Assembly (NCBI GenBank): GCA_963712115.1
Contig: CAVQGX010000046.1
Span: forward strand, 32,001 to 96,000
Reading direction: 5' to 3'
Source of the DNA: an uncultured delta proteobacterium
Lineage (GTDB): Bacteria; Desulfobacterota; Syntrophobacteria; BM002
Length of the DNA: 64,000 nt
The notes under the pieces were generated by a model. The model was not told where the DNA came from, made no database searches, and saw only the letters and a list, made by a program, of their open reading frames with translations. A program made the position numbers and the translations under genes. Of the stretch, positions 9,347 through 19,560 are shown in pieces; position 1 is the first letter of the stretch, and each line of letters begins with the position of its first letter.

Positions 9347-9772
9347 TTAGTCGGGCCAAAAGTATCGGACCATCGACTCCACCCGATCTTTTATGGCACC
9401 CGTGAGCTTGTATATCATGGTGCCATCAAGTTTCTGCAAGACTTGCACCGTTTCGCCCTTGGCCAGCAAAGACCTGTCATCCCGCAGCAAAATTTCGAAT
9501 CGAAATGTCAGAGATGCTGTCTGTGGTTTCAGAAGGTGTGTTTGAATTGTGATGATGTCATTAGTGCGGGCGGGTTTCTTGAATTCACACTGTGCACTCA
9601 CCACTGGAGCAATAAATCCTAGGGCGGTGAACTGTTCAGGGAGGAGAGAAAACTTCTCCAGCACTTTCATTCGAGCCAGTTCAAACCAGGCAAAGTAGTG
9701 ACCGTACCAGGTAATGCCCCATTGATCAACCTCATTGAACCTGACCGTGGTCGTAGTCTCAACCCACCGCAT
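9347..9772 (-). CDS. Acyl-CoA/ACP thioesterase (4HBT/YbgC family)
   Basis: VRFNEVDQWGITWYGHYFAWFELAR; FKKPA. Confidence 0.85.
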   Translation of the reverse strand: MRWVETTTTVRFNEVDQWGITWYGHYFAWFELARMKVLEKFSLLPEQFTALGFIAPVVSAQCEFKKPARTNDIITIQTHLLKPQTASLTFRFEILLRDDRSLLAKGETVQVLQKLDGTMIYKLTGAIKDRVESMVRYFWPD

Positions 9773-10061
9773 CTGAAGCCTTCTGAGCTGAGCTCTTTTC
9801 CAAGACGAAATCCCCTAAGGCGTTGACCGAGGCAAAAGCCCGTCGCCCCACTTCGGCGTCCGGGATCTCAACCTGATATTCCCTCTCGATGGCCACCACC
9901 AACTCCAGAGCATCAATAGAATCAAGGCCAAGCCCTTCACCAAACAAGGGTTCTGAATTAACAATGTCCTCGGGGCTGACATCTTCCAACCGCAGAGTTC
10001 GCACTATCAGTTCTTTTAGATTTGCAAGCAGATCGTTTCGCTCTAGCGGGAGAGTCTGCAA
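9759..10061 (-). CDS. Acyl carrier protein (aryl-polyene-cluster type)
   Basis: PLFGEGLGLDSIDALEL with the phosphopantetheine Ser; AAGGAGG RBS upstream. Confidence 0.9.
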   Translation of the reverse strand: MQTLPLERNDLLANLKELIVRTLRLEDVSPEDIVNSEPLFGEGLGLDSIDALELVVAIEREYQVEIPDAEVGRRAFASVNALGDFVLEKSSAQKASDAVG

Positions 10062-10104
10062 CGGTTGTTCCTCCTTACTCAGGTGTTTGTATCATGACCG
10101 GGCC

Positions 10105-10122
10105 ATGCAAGATTTGCTCCAA
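10105..10122 (-). promoter_or_regulatory. Possible sigma54 (-24/-12) promoter upstream of the ACP-TE-DH-GT-KS-CLF-rSAM genes
   Basis: Minus strand reads TTGGAGCAAATCTTGCAT, i.e. GG-N10-GC with TTGCA. Confidence 0.4.
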
Positions 10123-10130
10123 CAAACTAT

Positions 10131-10886
10131 TCAGGTCAGACCTCCATCAACGCTTATAACTTGCCCGGTAATATAAGAGGCTTCCTCGGACGCCAAAAAC
10201 AGCACTGTTCCGCTTACATCCTCCGGTTGCCCGAAGTGACCCATTGGAATTGCTTGCTTGAGTTCGGCCAGGGTTCTTGCAGGTAATGACCGGGTCATAT
10301 CGGTGTCTATCACCCCTGGAGACACGGCGTTAACAGTTATATTAATTTTGCCTACCTCTCTCGCCAAGGACTTGGTAAAACTCGCCACACCGCCTTTGGC
10401 AGCAGCGTAATTGGCCTGCCCCTCCCGGCCCATAAGTCCGCTGGGAGAGACAATGTTGATTATCCGTCCCCACCTTTGGGCTATCATGGGTTTTAGTGCC
10501 AGCTTAGAGCAGATGAAAGTACCCTGCAGGTTGACCCGCAGTACATCATGCCATTCTTTCTCCGACATGAACATCACCAGGTTGTCACGCCTTATTCCAG
10601 CGTTATTGACTAAAATATCCAGACGGCCAAACTGCTCTAGAATCTGGTCGAACAAAGCTTTCATCTGGTCAAAGTCAGACGCATCTGCCTGTTGAATCTG
10701 GGCCTCGGCACTACCCAGTTCGTCCTGAAATCTTCGCGCCTGCTCTTTATCCTGGGAGTAGGTTACCACAACCTGGGCACCCTCCTGAAGAAATCTTTTG
10801 GAGATGGCGGAGCCAATCCCGCGAATTCCACCGGTTATGAGAGCAATTTTATCTTTGAATCTCATGAAACCAAACTTTTTCGGCAC
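10131..10886 (-). CDS. fabG: 3-oxoacyl-ACP reductase
   Basis: TGGIRGIG, NNAG, GQANYAAAK (YxxxK), VSPG. Confidence 0.9.
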   Translation of the reverse strand: MPKKFGFMRFKDKIALITGGIRGIGSAISKRFLQEGAQVVVTYSQDKEQARRFQDELGSAEAQIQQADASDFDQMKALFDQILEQFGRLDILVNNAGIRRDNLVMFMSEKEWHDVLRVNLQGTFICSKLALKPMIAQRWGRIINIVSPSGLMGREGQANYAAAKGGVASFTKSLAREVGKINITVNAVSPGVIDTDMTRSLPARTLAELKQAIPMGHFGQPEDVSGTVLFLASEEASYITGQVISVDGGLT

Positions 10887-11209
10887 AATGATACGTTGGT
10901 CTATACAGGATAAGCTGACGCTAAAGAAGAGGTAGTGTTGTCTATCAGATTATGTTCCTGGCGTCAAGGTGGACTCTGGTAGTGATTCCTTTTCGCCATC
11001 TGCTGTGATTAGGAGCGAAGGGTATCTAAAGATCATTTCGGGTCATTTATTGGCAGAGTTCCTGTTCAGGGAAAAGCAATCATCAGAGGCCTGAAACCTG
11101 AGACTCGTGAAACCACAAGTTTGGTCAGTTGCTGATTTGTTTTGACCTATCCCATTGAAGCATCCCGCTATGCGGGGAAGGACCAGGTTTCCTAGACTCA
11201 AATGAGCCC

Positions 11210-12415
11210 ATGATTCATTTGACCAGAAAAGATCTGAAGAAAATCCGAGTTTTCGTTACAGACGGCTACTGGCGTAAGACAGTTGCCGCTGTTCGAGCCC
11301 TAGGTCGTATGGGATTGCGAGTTACCGTTAGTGAGTCTACTTATTTGGCTCCAGCACTCTTCTCCCGATACTGTTACCGCCGGGTGCGCAGTCCCTCCCC
11401 CGTTTTGCAGCCCTCCCAGTATCTCGATTTTCTCGAAGATTACCTCACTCATCATCCCCACCAGGTGCTCATGCCCATGGAGGAAGATACCCTTCTCTTG
11501 CTTGCTCAAAACAGGGAGAGATTTGCCCGCCTCACGCGACTCCCTTTTGCCGCCTACGACAACCTCCTCTTTGCTCGCGACAAACTCAAGGTGCTGAGAC
11601 AAGCTGAAGCCCTGGAGATACCGACCCCTAAAACCCATGAGATCACCAGCATTGATGAGATAGATCCACTTGCTCGGCAACTGCAATACCCGGTGGTGGT
11701 CAAACCAAGGGTGGGATCTGGAAGTGCAGGTATCTATTATGTAGCTGAGCCTTCTCAGCTCTCTTTTGCTCTGGAGCGGCTGTTACTCTCCGGACAATTG
11801 CCGCTGGTCCAGGAAAGATTGCCTGCTGACGGCGCAGGAATTGGCGCCAGTTTCCTCCTGGACCAAGAGCATCAAATACGTGCCAGCTTTATTCATCGAC
11901 GCATCCGAGAGTATCCGGTAGAGGGTGGTCCAAGCACTCTGCGAGAAAGTATTATCCACGATCAAGTAAGACATGATGGTGCCAGACTATTGCAAAACAT
12001 GCATTTAACCGGCGTGGCTATGGTTGAATTCAAAATAGACAGTCGTGACGGCAAGGCCAAGCTCCTCGAGGTAAATCCGCGCTTTTGGGGGTCATTGGCT
12101 CTGGCCATCAACGCCGGAGTGAATTTTCCTTACCTTCTCACCCTAATGGCTATGGACTTGGATTTCCCCCCGGTGCTTGATTACAGGTTGGGACATTTTT
12201 GTCGTTGGTTGCTGCCAGGAGACATCTTACATTTTCTCAAGAATCCCGGAAGGTGGCATCTAAAACCTAGCTTTTTTCAGTTCCGCAAGCCCAATTTGAC
12301 TTATGACATTGTTGATCTGAAAGATCCTTTGCCCATCCTGGGGAGCGTTCTGGCTTTGCTGCCTTTTTATCTAAGTCAGGACTTTATCCATGTCCGCACC
12401 CGTAGAGGAAGCTGA
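11210..12415 (+). CDS. ATP-grasp carboxylate-amine ligase
   Basis: RDK, PVVVKPRVGSGSAG, LVQE, MVEFK, LEVNPRFWGS. Confidence 0.85.
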   Translation: MIHLTRKDLKKIRVFVTDGYWRKTVAAVRALGRMGLRVTVSESTYLAPALFSRYCYRRVRSPSPVLQPSQYLDFLEDYLTHHPHQVLMPMEEDTLLLLAQNRERFARLTRLPFAAYDNLLFARDKLKVLRQAEALEIPTPKTHEITSIDEIDPLARQLQYPVVVKPRVGSGSAGIYYVAEPSQLSFALERLLLSGQLPLVQERLPADGAGIGASFLLDQEHQIRASFIHRRIREYPVEGGPSTLRESIIHDQVRHDGARLLQNMHLTGVAMVEFKIDSRDGKAKLLEVNPRFWGSLALAINAGVNFPYLLTLMAMDLDFPPVLDYRLGHFCRWLLPGDILHFLKNPGRWHLKPSFFQFRKPNLTYDIVDLKDPLPILGSVLALLPFYLSQDFIHVRTRRGS

Positions 12416-12499
12416 ACTCAAAACAAAAAGTCATTGAAAAATACTTGCAGTTAAGCTAAATAGTTAAGACTTTCGATCTCTGGCCCGGATATTTCACCA

Positions 12500-12732
12500 A
12501 ACGGCTCGGCGAGACCGTTATGATGGCCGTGCCTGCCCGCCATGCGAGCCCGCCCGGCATTCGCCTGAGGCGAAGCCAATGGCGGACGGGCAAGGCGAGG
12601 CGGGCGGGTCACCGGGCAACCGTAAGGGTTGGCCCTTTGTACATTGCGTTGCAGGGTGAGCTTGTCCTGCCTGTCCCGAGGGTAGTCGCGGGGAGCCTGC
12701 CGAAGGAACGCGCGAGGACGCCCGGTCTCCAT
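12500..12732. repeat. GC-rich composite of nested palindromes (REP-like)
   Basis: acggctc-ggc-gagaccgt; cctgcccgcc...ggcgggcggg enclosing ttcgcc-tga-ggcgaa; gggcaacc-gtaa-gggttggccc; ctgtcc...gagcctgccgaagg, which resembles 33781-33802. Confidence 0.6.
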
Positions 12733-12841
12733 CTCCTAGGGTCTTCAGCTCGGAGAGAAGTTTGGTCATGTCTACTTTGGCAGCAGACGATTGGTGGAAT
12801 ACCCGGGCTGGATTGGAAGGTCGAAATCTGGTGTTGAATTA

Positions 12842-13339
12842 ATGGGAGATTCGGTTTTATGGCTGCAGCAACATATTCATGATCACAGCCTCCTTTATTT
12901 CATAGCTCTCTATGTTGTGGGGGGAAGACCGGTAGCGATCTTAACCGCGAGCTTTGTTAAACTCAATCTTCTGTTTTTCTTCCCCCTCGTTGTTTTCATG
13001 GACATCTTACAGGTTCCCTGTTTTTACTACCTGTACGAACATACGTTCACCAGCGATCGGCTTAAGCGACTAAGTGGTTATTTTCAACGAAAGGGCGAGG
13101 TAGCCAAAGATCGAAGTTTCTTTCAAAGGTTGAAAACTCTAGGTGATGTGGGCGTAGTGCTCCTCACTATGCTGCCGGTCAAGGGAGGCGGCATGTGGAG
13201 CGGCGTGTTTCTGGCCCACATTACAGGTATGCCCAAAAAGACAAGCTATCCCCTGCTAATTGTTGGTAGCCTGCTGGGCAGTCTCATGTTTCTGGGCCTA
13301 GGCGATGGTCTAATTCGTTTCTACCACCTCATAGCCTGA
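12842..13339 (+). CDS. Small multidrug-export-like membrane protein
   Basis: Hydrophobic helices; LPVKGGGMWSG resembles the small multi-drug export family motif. ATG at 12842 chosen as start. Confidence 0.6.
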   Translation: MGDSVLWLQQHIHDHSLLYFIALYVVGGRPVAILTASFVKLNLLFFFPLVVFMDILQVPCFYYLYEHTFTSDRLKRLSGYFQRKGEVAKDRSFFQRLKTLGDVGVVLLTMLPVKGGGMWSGVFLAHITGMPKKTSYPLLIVGSLLGSLMFLGLGDGLIRFYHLIA

Positions 13340-13530
13340 TTGGCCTATTCCTTTCCCTTCCCCTGGCGTCTATAACCTGCGGTTGGGCGAGGAGGGGATT
13401 AAAATATACCGGTTCCCTTCGTGACACTTTATTTTGTGCTTGCTTATGTAATCTCCGGTGATAATAAGAAAATAGAAATGCTATATTTATTTAAATTCGT
13501 ATGTAAACTTCGGATTCTTGGAGGGAAATT

Positions 13531-14913
13531 TTGAAGACCAATAGCCATCGGCTGGAGGTTTACGCCATCAACTTGTTAATGGCTTCCCTGGCCAGCATTA
13601 ATAACGATAAGCTCTTCAAGCTCACTTATAGGTCGGTGGCTAAACTTGCCGAGAAACTAGCGAAAAGGGATTACTACGTCCGCAGAATTCGCTGGATCCG
13701 TGACCTCTTCGATCAAGGGCACCCTAGCCTGGAAATTACCAAGAAAATACTTAAAACACTTAATCCCCATCACCGCAAAACCATAATTCAGAGTTACGTC
13801 ATCAACCAACTCCTGGTGGGAACCAACAAGAGGAAAGCATTTGCTCAAGAGCCGGGAGGTTTCTATCCGCCGGGATTCCTGGTCCTCAGCCCATCCATGC
13901 GCTGCAACCTGAACTGTTTCGGCTGTTATGCCGGCAGTTACCAACAGAAGGAAGAATTGAGTTTTGAGACCATAGATCGGATTCTCAACGAGGCCAAGGA
14001 AATAGGCATTTATTTCATTACCGTTTCCGGAGGTGAGCCCTTTTTCCGCCAAGACATTTTCGACCTCTTTCGCAAGCACAATGACATGTCCTTCCTGGTC
14101 TACACTCACGGGGGCCTCATTGACGAAAAAATGGTTGAAAAGATTATCTCGGTGGGCAATGTGCTACCCTCCATAAGTATCGAAGGCTTAAAGGAGTACA
14201 CGGATCTGAGGCGGGGAAGTGGGCACTTCGACCGGGTTATGGGCGCCATGGACATGTTGCGGCAGGCCGGAGTGCTATTCGGCTATTCTGCCACCCAAAC
14301 CAGAGATAACCACGATACCATTACCAGCGATGAATTCGTTGATTTTATGATTGACAAGGGGTGTCTTCTCGGCTGCTACTTCATGTATGTTCCAGTGGGA
14401 AGGGACCCCAAGACAGAACTTATGCCCACTCCTGCCCAAAGAGATTACCTGAGGGGTTCACTTGGTCGCTGGCGAAATAGTAAGCCCATCCTTTTCATAG
14501 ATTTTTGGAACGATGGTCCCGTGGTAAATGGCTGCATGTCAGGCGGCCGCAAGTATGCCCATATCAATTCCAAGGGGGACGTAGAACCTTGCGTTTTCTG
14601 CCACTTTGCCACCCATAACGTCCACCACACATCTCTTAAAGAGGCTCTTAATTCGCCTCTTTTTCAGGCGATAAAAGGCAAAATACCATTCGATGATAAC
14701 TTGTATCGCCCTTGCATGCTGGTTGACCATCCAGAGGTAGGCCGGGAGATGGCCTTAAGGCACGGAGCTTACTTCACCCACGAGGGGGCGGAAGTCATCT
14801 TCACTGAACTGGCAGAAAAAATTGACGAGTTTGCTCACTCCTACAAGACCTTTGCTGATCCAGCTTGGCAGAAGCAATCCCAGTCGAAGCAGTCTCAAGG
14901 AGATAAGACATGA
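13531..14913 (+). CDS. Radical SAM protein with a C-terminal SPASM/twitch-like Cys region
   Basis: CNLNCFGC, SGGEP, GCMSGGR..HINSKGDVEPCVFC; TTG start with GGAGG RBS. Confidence 0.9.
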   Translation: MKTNSHRLEVYAINLLMASLASINNDKLFKLTYRSVAKLAEKLAKRDYYVRRIRWIRDLFDQGHPSLEITKKILKTLNPHHRKTIIQSYVINQLLVGTNKRKAFAQEPGGFYPPGFLVLSPSMRCNLNCFGCYAGSYQQKEELSFETIDRILNEAKEIGIYFITVSGGEPFFRQDIFDLFRKHNDMSFLVYTHGGLIDEKMVEKIISVGNVLPSISIEGLKEYTDLRRGSGHFDRVMGAMDMLRQAGVLFGYSATQTRDNHDTITSDEFVDFMIDKGCLLGCYFMYVPVGRDPKTELMPTPAQRDYLRGSLGRWRNSKPILFIDFWNDGPVVNGCMSGGRKYAHINSKGDVEPCVFCHFATHNVHHTSLKEALNSPLFQAIKGKIPFDDNLYRPCMLVDHPEVGREMALRHGAYFTHEGAEVIFTELAEKIDEFAHSYKTFADPAWQKQSQSKQSQGDKT

Positions 14914-16568
14914 GGCCACACCGTTGGATAAGACCAAGCTGCGTTATTGTTATTATTGCCTTGATTTTCTGGGCTTCCTATGTGTCCGCTGCTGCCCGCA
15001 CCAGGATTGCCGTGGTCGATCTCGAGTCGCAAGGACAAAAGGCTAAATCTGAAGAACTAGGCAAGATTGCAGCCCAATGGCTCGCCACCGCTTTCGTCAA
15101 CCAGGGCCGTTTCGACGTCATTGAGCGGCAAGCTTTAGAGGAGCTGATCGAAGAGCAGCAATTGGGCTCGAGCGGGGTCATTGATGTAAATACAGCAGCC
15201 CAGTTGGGGAGAGTGCTCGGGGCCACATACATAGTAACCGGTGCTGTTATAAGCCACAAACAAGGTATAGATTTAAATGTCAAGATCATTGAGACAGAAA
15301 GTGCCACAATCAAAGTTGCTGATCGACTGGCAGCTAACAGCGTTGGCACCATGTCCAACAAGATCGGACCTTTTGTGGCTCAATTGGTCAGCAAGTTCCC
15401 CTTGCGGGGATTTATCATCCATCAAAAGGGCGAGACTTTTATCCTCGATGTGGGAAAATCTGTCGGGGCAAAAGCTGCTATGAAGTTTGAAGTTTACCGG
15501 GAAGGCGAGATCATAAAACACCCCGTTTCCGGTGAGATTTTGGGCGTTGAAAAGATTCCTACAGGCAAACTAGAGGTGACTGAGGTTCAGGAGAAACTGG
15601 CCTTTGCCAGGGTGATCGAACAAAAAACCAACGAGACCGTGGCGGTTGGCCAAAATGTGGTTTCCCTAGGAGCAATTAAACCAGGACCTGGCACCACCCT
15701 TATCGGTGTTTCGTCTTTGGCAGGCACAAGCACCAGCCTCCGTTTTGCCCAAAGCTGGGGCAGGCAGGGCGTAGGCTCAGGAGATTTTTTAAAACCCTTT
15801 GGAATAGCTGCCGATGGCTTGGGCAACATTTATGTGGCAGACACCTACAACAACCGGGTTCAAGTATTCGACAACTCCGGGACCTTCATGAAAGCTTGGG
15901 GGCAAAAGGGAACCGGTTCCGGCAGTATGGCCCTCCCTTATGATGTGGCTGTCGACAGTGAGGGGAGTGTTTACCTAGCCGACACCTATAACTTTCGAGT
16001 CCAAAAATTCGATGCCAACGGTGTTTACCTTGGCCGGTGGGGCCAAAAGGGTAAGGGAAACGGCGATTTTGCCTTTTTGAGCGGGATTGCTGTGGGTCCG
16101 GATGGCGCCATTTACACTGTGGATGCTAAATTAAACCGGGTTCAAATTTTTGACAACCAGGGCAGGTTTTTGCGCTCTTGGGGCAGCAAGGGCAAAGGCA
16201 GCGGTTCTTTTGTTACCCCAATGGGAATTACCGTGGACGGAAACGGCAATGTTTACGTGGCTGATTCTAAAATGCGAAGAGTCCAGAAGTTTGACCCTCA
16301 AGGACGCTTTCTTGCCGCTTTCACTGACAGGCTGACGTATCCAGTAGATGTTGCCATTGACCCATCCTCTGGAAATTTGTTGATATTGGATGCCGCCAGC
16401 CATCTGATCTGGGAAATGAGTCCAACAGGACAGAGTCTCAGATCTTACGGAGGCCCAGGGAGGAGTTCCGGACAGTTCGTCGAACCTTATGGATTCTGTG
16501 CTGATGCAGCCAGCAACGTCTTTGTGGCGGACACGGGCAACTCACGGGTGCAGAAGTTTTCCCATTAA
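14910..16568 (+). CDS. Exported CsgG/HfaB-like + FlgT-C-like + six NHL repeat protein
   Basis: Signal peptide; GRFDVIERQALEELIEEQQL...LGATYIVTG; IKHPVSGEILG; six repeats of the type PxGIAVDxxGNIYVADxxNxRVQxF. Confidence 0.8.
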   Translation: MRPHRWIRPSCVIVIIALIFWASYVSAAARTRIAVVDLESQGQKAKSEELGKIAAQWLATAFVNQGRFDVIERQALEELIEEQQLGSSGVIDVNTAAQLGRVLGATYIVTGAVISHKQGIDLNVKIIETESATIKVADRLAANSVGTMSNKIGPFVAQLVSKFPLRGFIIHQKGETFILDVGKSVGAKAAMKFEVYREGEIIKHPVSGEILGVEKIPTGKLEVTEVQEKLAFARVIEQKTNETVAVGQNVVSLGAIKPGPGTTLIGVSSLAGTSTSLRFAQSWGRQGVGSGDFLKPFGIAADGLGNIYVADTYNNRVQVFDNSGTFMKAWGQKGTGSGSMALPYDVAVDSEGSVYLADTYNFRVQKFDANGVYLGRWGQKGKGNGDFAFLSGIAVGPDGAIYTVDAKLNRVQIFDNQGRFLRSWGSKGKGSGSFVTPMGITVDGNGNVYVADSKMRRVQKFDPQGRFLAAFTDRLTYPVDVAIDPSSGNLLILDAASHLIWEMSPTGQSLRSYGGPGRSSGQFVEPYGFCADAASNVFVADTGNSRVQKFSH

Positions 16569-16619
16569 GGTTGAAGTTACCTGGGTGTATTGCAACAAAT
16601 ATGAGTCAAATTACTGATC

Positions 16620-16650
16620 GAGCAGGCATCAAATGGCCTGCTCTTTTTTT
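16620..16650 (+). terminator. Intrinsic terminator
   Basis: gagcaggc-atcaaatg-gcctgctc followed by T7. Confidence 0.8.
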
Positions 16651-16710
16651 GCCAATAGCAGAATTAAAGCACATAGCCATGTACAAAGAAACAAATTTAC
16701 CACTGAAGCG

Positions 16711-16740
16711 ATGGAGTAATGGAGTGTTGGAGTATTGGAA
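16711..16740. repeat. 8-mer TGGAGTNN array (mainly one arm)
   Basis: tggagtaa-tggagtgt-tggagtat-tggaa. Confidence 0.7.
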
Positions 16741-16852
16741 AAAATGAGATATGTATGAATCTCAGTATCCCAAGGGGATCCTAATTGAGCCCTATATATT
16801 TCAGTTGGGCTTTATATCTTGAAACACCCAATACGGCTCTAGAATTTCGCTT

Positions 16853-19405
16853 ATGTCTCACTCCTTCTTCTCCCTCTTAGCGGACCGCATTGTCCGATCT
16901 CATAGGCTGATTCTGCTAATCGCCTCAGTTATCACTATTTTATCCATCCTCCTCATTACTCAACTCCGAATGGACTCCAGCTTAGACTCTCTCATGCCTT
17001 CCGGGGATAGCCAGGCCAGAAAATTGCTGGCAGATCTAATGGGCGCCGGACCTCAGGACGTGCTCGTAGTGGTTGTGAGTGTGGTTGAACCTGGAGGATT
17101 GGAAAGCGCCAAGCAAATCGTTGACGGTTTCGTTGAAGAAATGGCATCTTTTCCCAGCATAGACCACTTGGAAGCCAAGGTCACCACTCAGCAAAAGAAG
17201 TTCTTTTCCGAAATCTTACTGCCCCATGCTGGCCTCTTCCTGTCAGAGAAGGAACGGTTTGATTTACTCGAGCGGTTGAGCGACTCTTCCATTTCCCGCC
17301 AAATAAAAGAGAACAAGCGGTTTTTACTTATGCCGATGCAGAGTGGTGTTACCGACCTGATTCTTAAGGATCCTCTGGGCCTGCGATATTTATGGCTTTC
17401 CCGCTGGTTTGCCCAGCAGTCATTTGCCGGCCTTGAACTGGAGGATGGCTACCTGGTGGATAAGAGCCGGAGTCATCTTCTGGTCTTCATCAGACCGAAA
17501 GAGTCGGCTCGAAACATTACCTATACCAAGAAACTAATGGCAGCAGCCTCAGCGGCAGGGGAAGCCGCCATCAGCAGTTGGCGTAAATCTCACCCCGCGG
17601 CTGCCGTCACACCAAAAATCACCTTTGCTGGTGGATATGCTATTGCCCAGGAGGATGAAGCCCTAACCCGCAGAGATCTGCAAAGCAGCCTGCTGATTTC
17701 ATTTCTCGGGGTTAACATTTTGTTTTTTCTGGTTTTCCGGAAATTGCGCTTCCTCTTTTTAATGCTCTTGCCACTGGCCATGGCTCTTATCTGGACCTTC
17801 GGCCTTTTGCAGCTTATCTTCGGTCACGTCAACATACTTACCGGTGCTTTTGCCGCCGTGTTGCTTGGGCTTGGTATCGACTTTGCCATACACCTTCTCA
17901 ATCTGTACGTAACTGCCAGTCAGAGTCAGGACCAGGCGAGGGCCCTGCATCTCGCATTGACCCAAAGTGGCCGAGCCATCCTCATGGGGGGACTGACTAC
18001 GGCACTAGCCTTTTTCGCTCTCGGTATTTCCTCTTTCAGAGGGTTCCAGGAACTGGGCATTATCACCGGGATCGGCATCATTGCCTGCCTAACTGCCATG
18101 CTGGTGGTTTTGCCCGCCCTCCTCGTTTGGCAGCAGGGTAGTGCGGTTCCCTCGGGTTCTGCCAAGCCCATTCCCAACTTCGGGCTCAATTATCTCATAC
18201 GGCCTGTGGTGAAGCACCCGCGCCGGGTCTTATGGCTCAGCCTGGTCTTACTGGCAGCTTTAGGTATTGCAGCCTTGGATATTTCCTTTGAGGACGATCT
18301 ACGATCCTTACGACCTCAAAAGGCTGGTCGGATGGCCGTGGAAAAAGAGGTAGAGTCCATTCTGGGGGGGGCGAGCGGCTATGTACTCTTGGTAATGGAA
18401 GGCAAGGATGAAGAAACACTGCTAAATCAAGCCTGGCGGCTTGATAAGGCTTTGGCCAGCCTTCAAGATGCAGACCGGTTGTCGCATTATCGCAGCATCC
18501 TCGCCTACTACCCAGCGCCTGAAAGTCAGCGGTTGGCCCTGGATTTTTATCAGCGTTATGCTAATGAACTTAACCCCGACCGCATCGAGGCCACATTCAA
18601 AAAAGCTTTGCAGGAGAACGGTTTTCAATTCCTCCCCGAATACACCTCATACCTGAACTGGCTGAGGACGCTGGTAAGTCCAAAAGGCAGGGTGGATCGA
18701 CAGACTTTTAAGAAAGCGAATCTCGAGCAATTGCTTGATCTTTTTCTGGTGGGCCAAGGTCCAACCCGAAAACTGTTTACTTTTGTCTTCCCCCGGGAAG
18801 GTTTATGGGACAAAGACGATCTGACTAGCTTAAGCGCGGATCTTAGAAAGACTGCTCTAGAAAGCGGCCTCAATGGCAGCGAATGGCGGCTTGCAGGCTG
18901 GCCCATCTTGACGGATCATCTCAAAGGTTTGGTGTGGCGGGATCTTGCCGACTCTCTAGTTATTGCGGGGGTGGCTATTGCTGTGGCCTTACTCTTGGCT
19001 TTGCGACACCCTTTTTCCGCGGCGCTGGCTGCTATTCCCCTGGTAGGCGGCATAGTGGCCATGTTGGGGGTAATGGCCTTGTTGTCAATAAAGTTCAACT
19101 ACGCCAATTTCATTGTTCTGCCGCTGATTGTGGGAATAGGCATAGATGATGGCATCCACATTGTTCACCGCTGGCGCCAGGAGTCCAAAGAGAATCTCAC
19201 TAAGGTTCTCAATCAAATTGGCCGAGCCATTGTGCTCACCTCTCTGACCACAACTATCGGATTCGGTTCTCTAATCAGTTCTCACTATCCTGGTCTGCGC
19301 AGCATCGGCTGGGTTACCGCTTTGGGCATTCTGACCTGTCTTCTCGCGGCCCTTATCCTGTTGCCTGCGGTCTTATCCTGGATTGAGGCAAAGTCATATC
19401 ACTAA
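16853..19405 (+). CDS. MMPL/RND family lipid exporter
   Basis: Two transmembrane repeats with GLGIDFAIH and GIGIDDGIH; LTSLTTTIGFGSL; large periplasmic loops. Confidence 0.9.
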   Translation: MSHSFFSLLADRIVRSHRLILLIASVITILSILLITQLRMDSSLDSLMPSGDSQARKLLADLMGAGPQDVLVVVVSVVEPGGLESAKQIVDGFVEEMASFPSIDHLEAKVTTQQKKFFSEILLPHAGLFLSEKERFDLLERLSDSSISRQIKENKRFLLMPMQSGVTDLILKDPLGLRYLWLSRWFAQQSFAGLELEDGYLVDKSRSHLLVFIRPKESARNITYTKKLMAAASAAGEAAISSWRKSHPAAAVTPKITFAGGYAIAQEDEALTRRDLQSSLLISFLGVNILFFLVFRKLRFLFLMLLPLAMALIWTFGLLQLIFGHVNILTGAFAAVLLGLGIDFAIHLLNLYVTASQSQDQARALHLALTQSGRAILMGGLTTALAFFALGISSFRGFQELGIITGIGIIACLTAMLVVLPALLVWQQGSAVPSGSAKPIPNFGLNYLIRPVVKHPRRVLWLSLVLLAALGIAALDISFEDDLRSLRPQKAGRMAVEKEVESILGGASGYVLLVMEGKDEETLLNQAWRLDKALASLQDADRLSHYRSILAYYPAPESQRLALDFYQRYANELNPDRIEATFKKALQENGFQFLPEYTSYLNWLRTLVSPKGRVDRQTFKKANLEQLLDLFLVGQGPTRKLFTFVFPREGLWDKDDLTSLSADLRKTALESGLNGSEWRLAGWPILTDHLKGLVWRDLADSLVIAGVAIAVALLLALRHPFSAALAAIPLVGGIVAMLGVMALLSIKFNYANFIVLPLIVGIGIDDGIHIVHRWRQESKENLTKVLNQIGRAIVLTSLTTTIGFGSLISSHYPGLRSIGWVTALGILTCLLAALILLPAVLSWIEAKSYH

Positions 19406-19410
19406 GTCAA

Positions 19411-19476
19411 GTTTTGGACATTTGGATTTCGATCATTTGAATTTGTTTCGGATTTAGATATTCGATATTCGGATTT
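19411..19476. repeat. Half copy of the dispersed element at 63695-63854
   Basis: gttttggacatttggatttcg...tttgtttcggatttagatattcg closely matches the reverse complement of 63695-63760. Confidence 0.75.
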
Positions 19477-19560
19477 CATGCGTTATTGTATACAGTACGA
19501 ATAGGGTTTATTTTTGGCAAAAATTGAATGTTTTTGCACCCGAGATGGAAGGACCTGGTC

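Noticed and set aside
5450-10886. Calling the locus a canonical aryl polyene or housekeeping fab cluster
   Set aside because: No acyl-ACP synthetase or aryl starter genes are visible, and the dead KS, radical SAMs and activase pair fit neither; genes beyond the left edge are unknown.
12690-12740. HDV-like ribozyme suggested by GCG-TCCTCG-CGC on the minus strand
   Set aside because: No convincing P1/P2 partners; the adjacent sequence is a REP-like motif also found at 33781.
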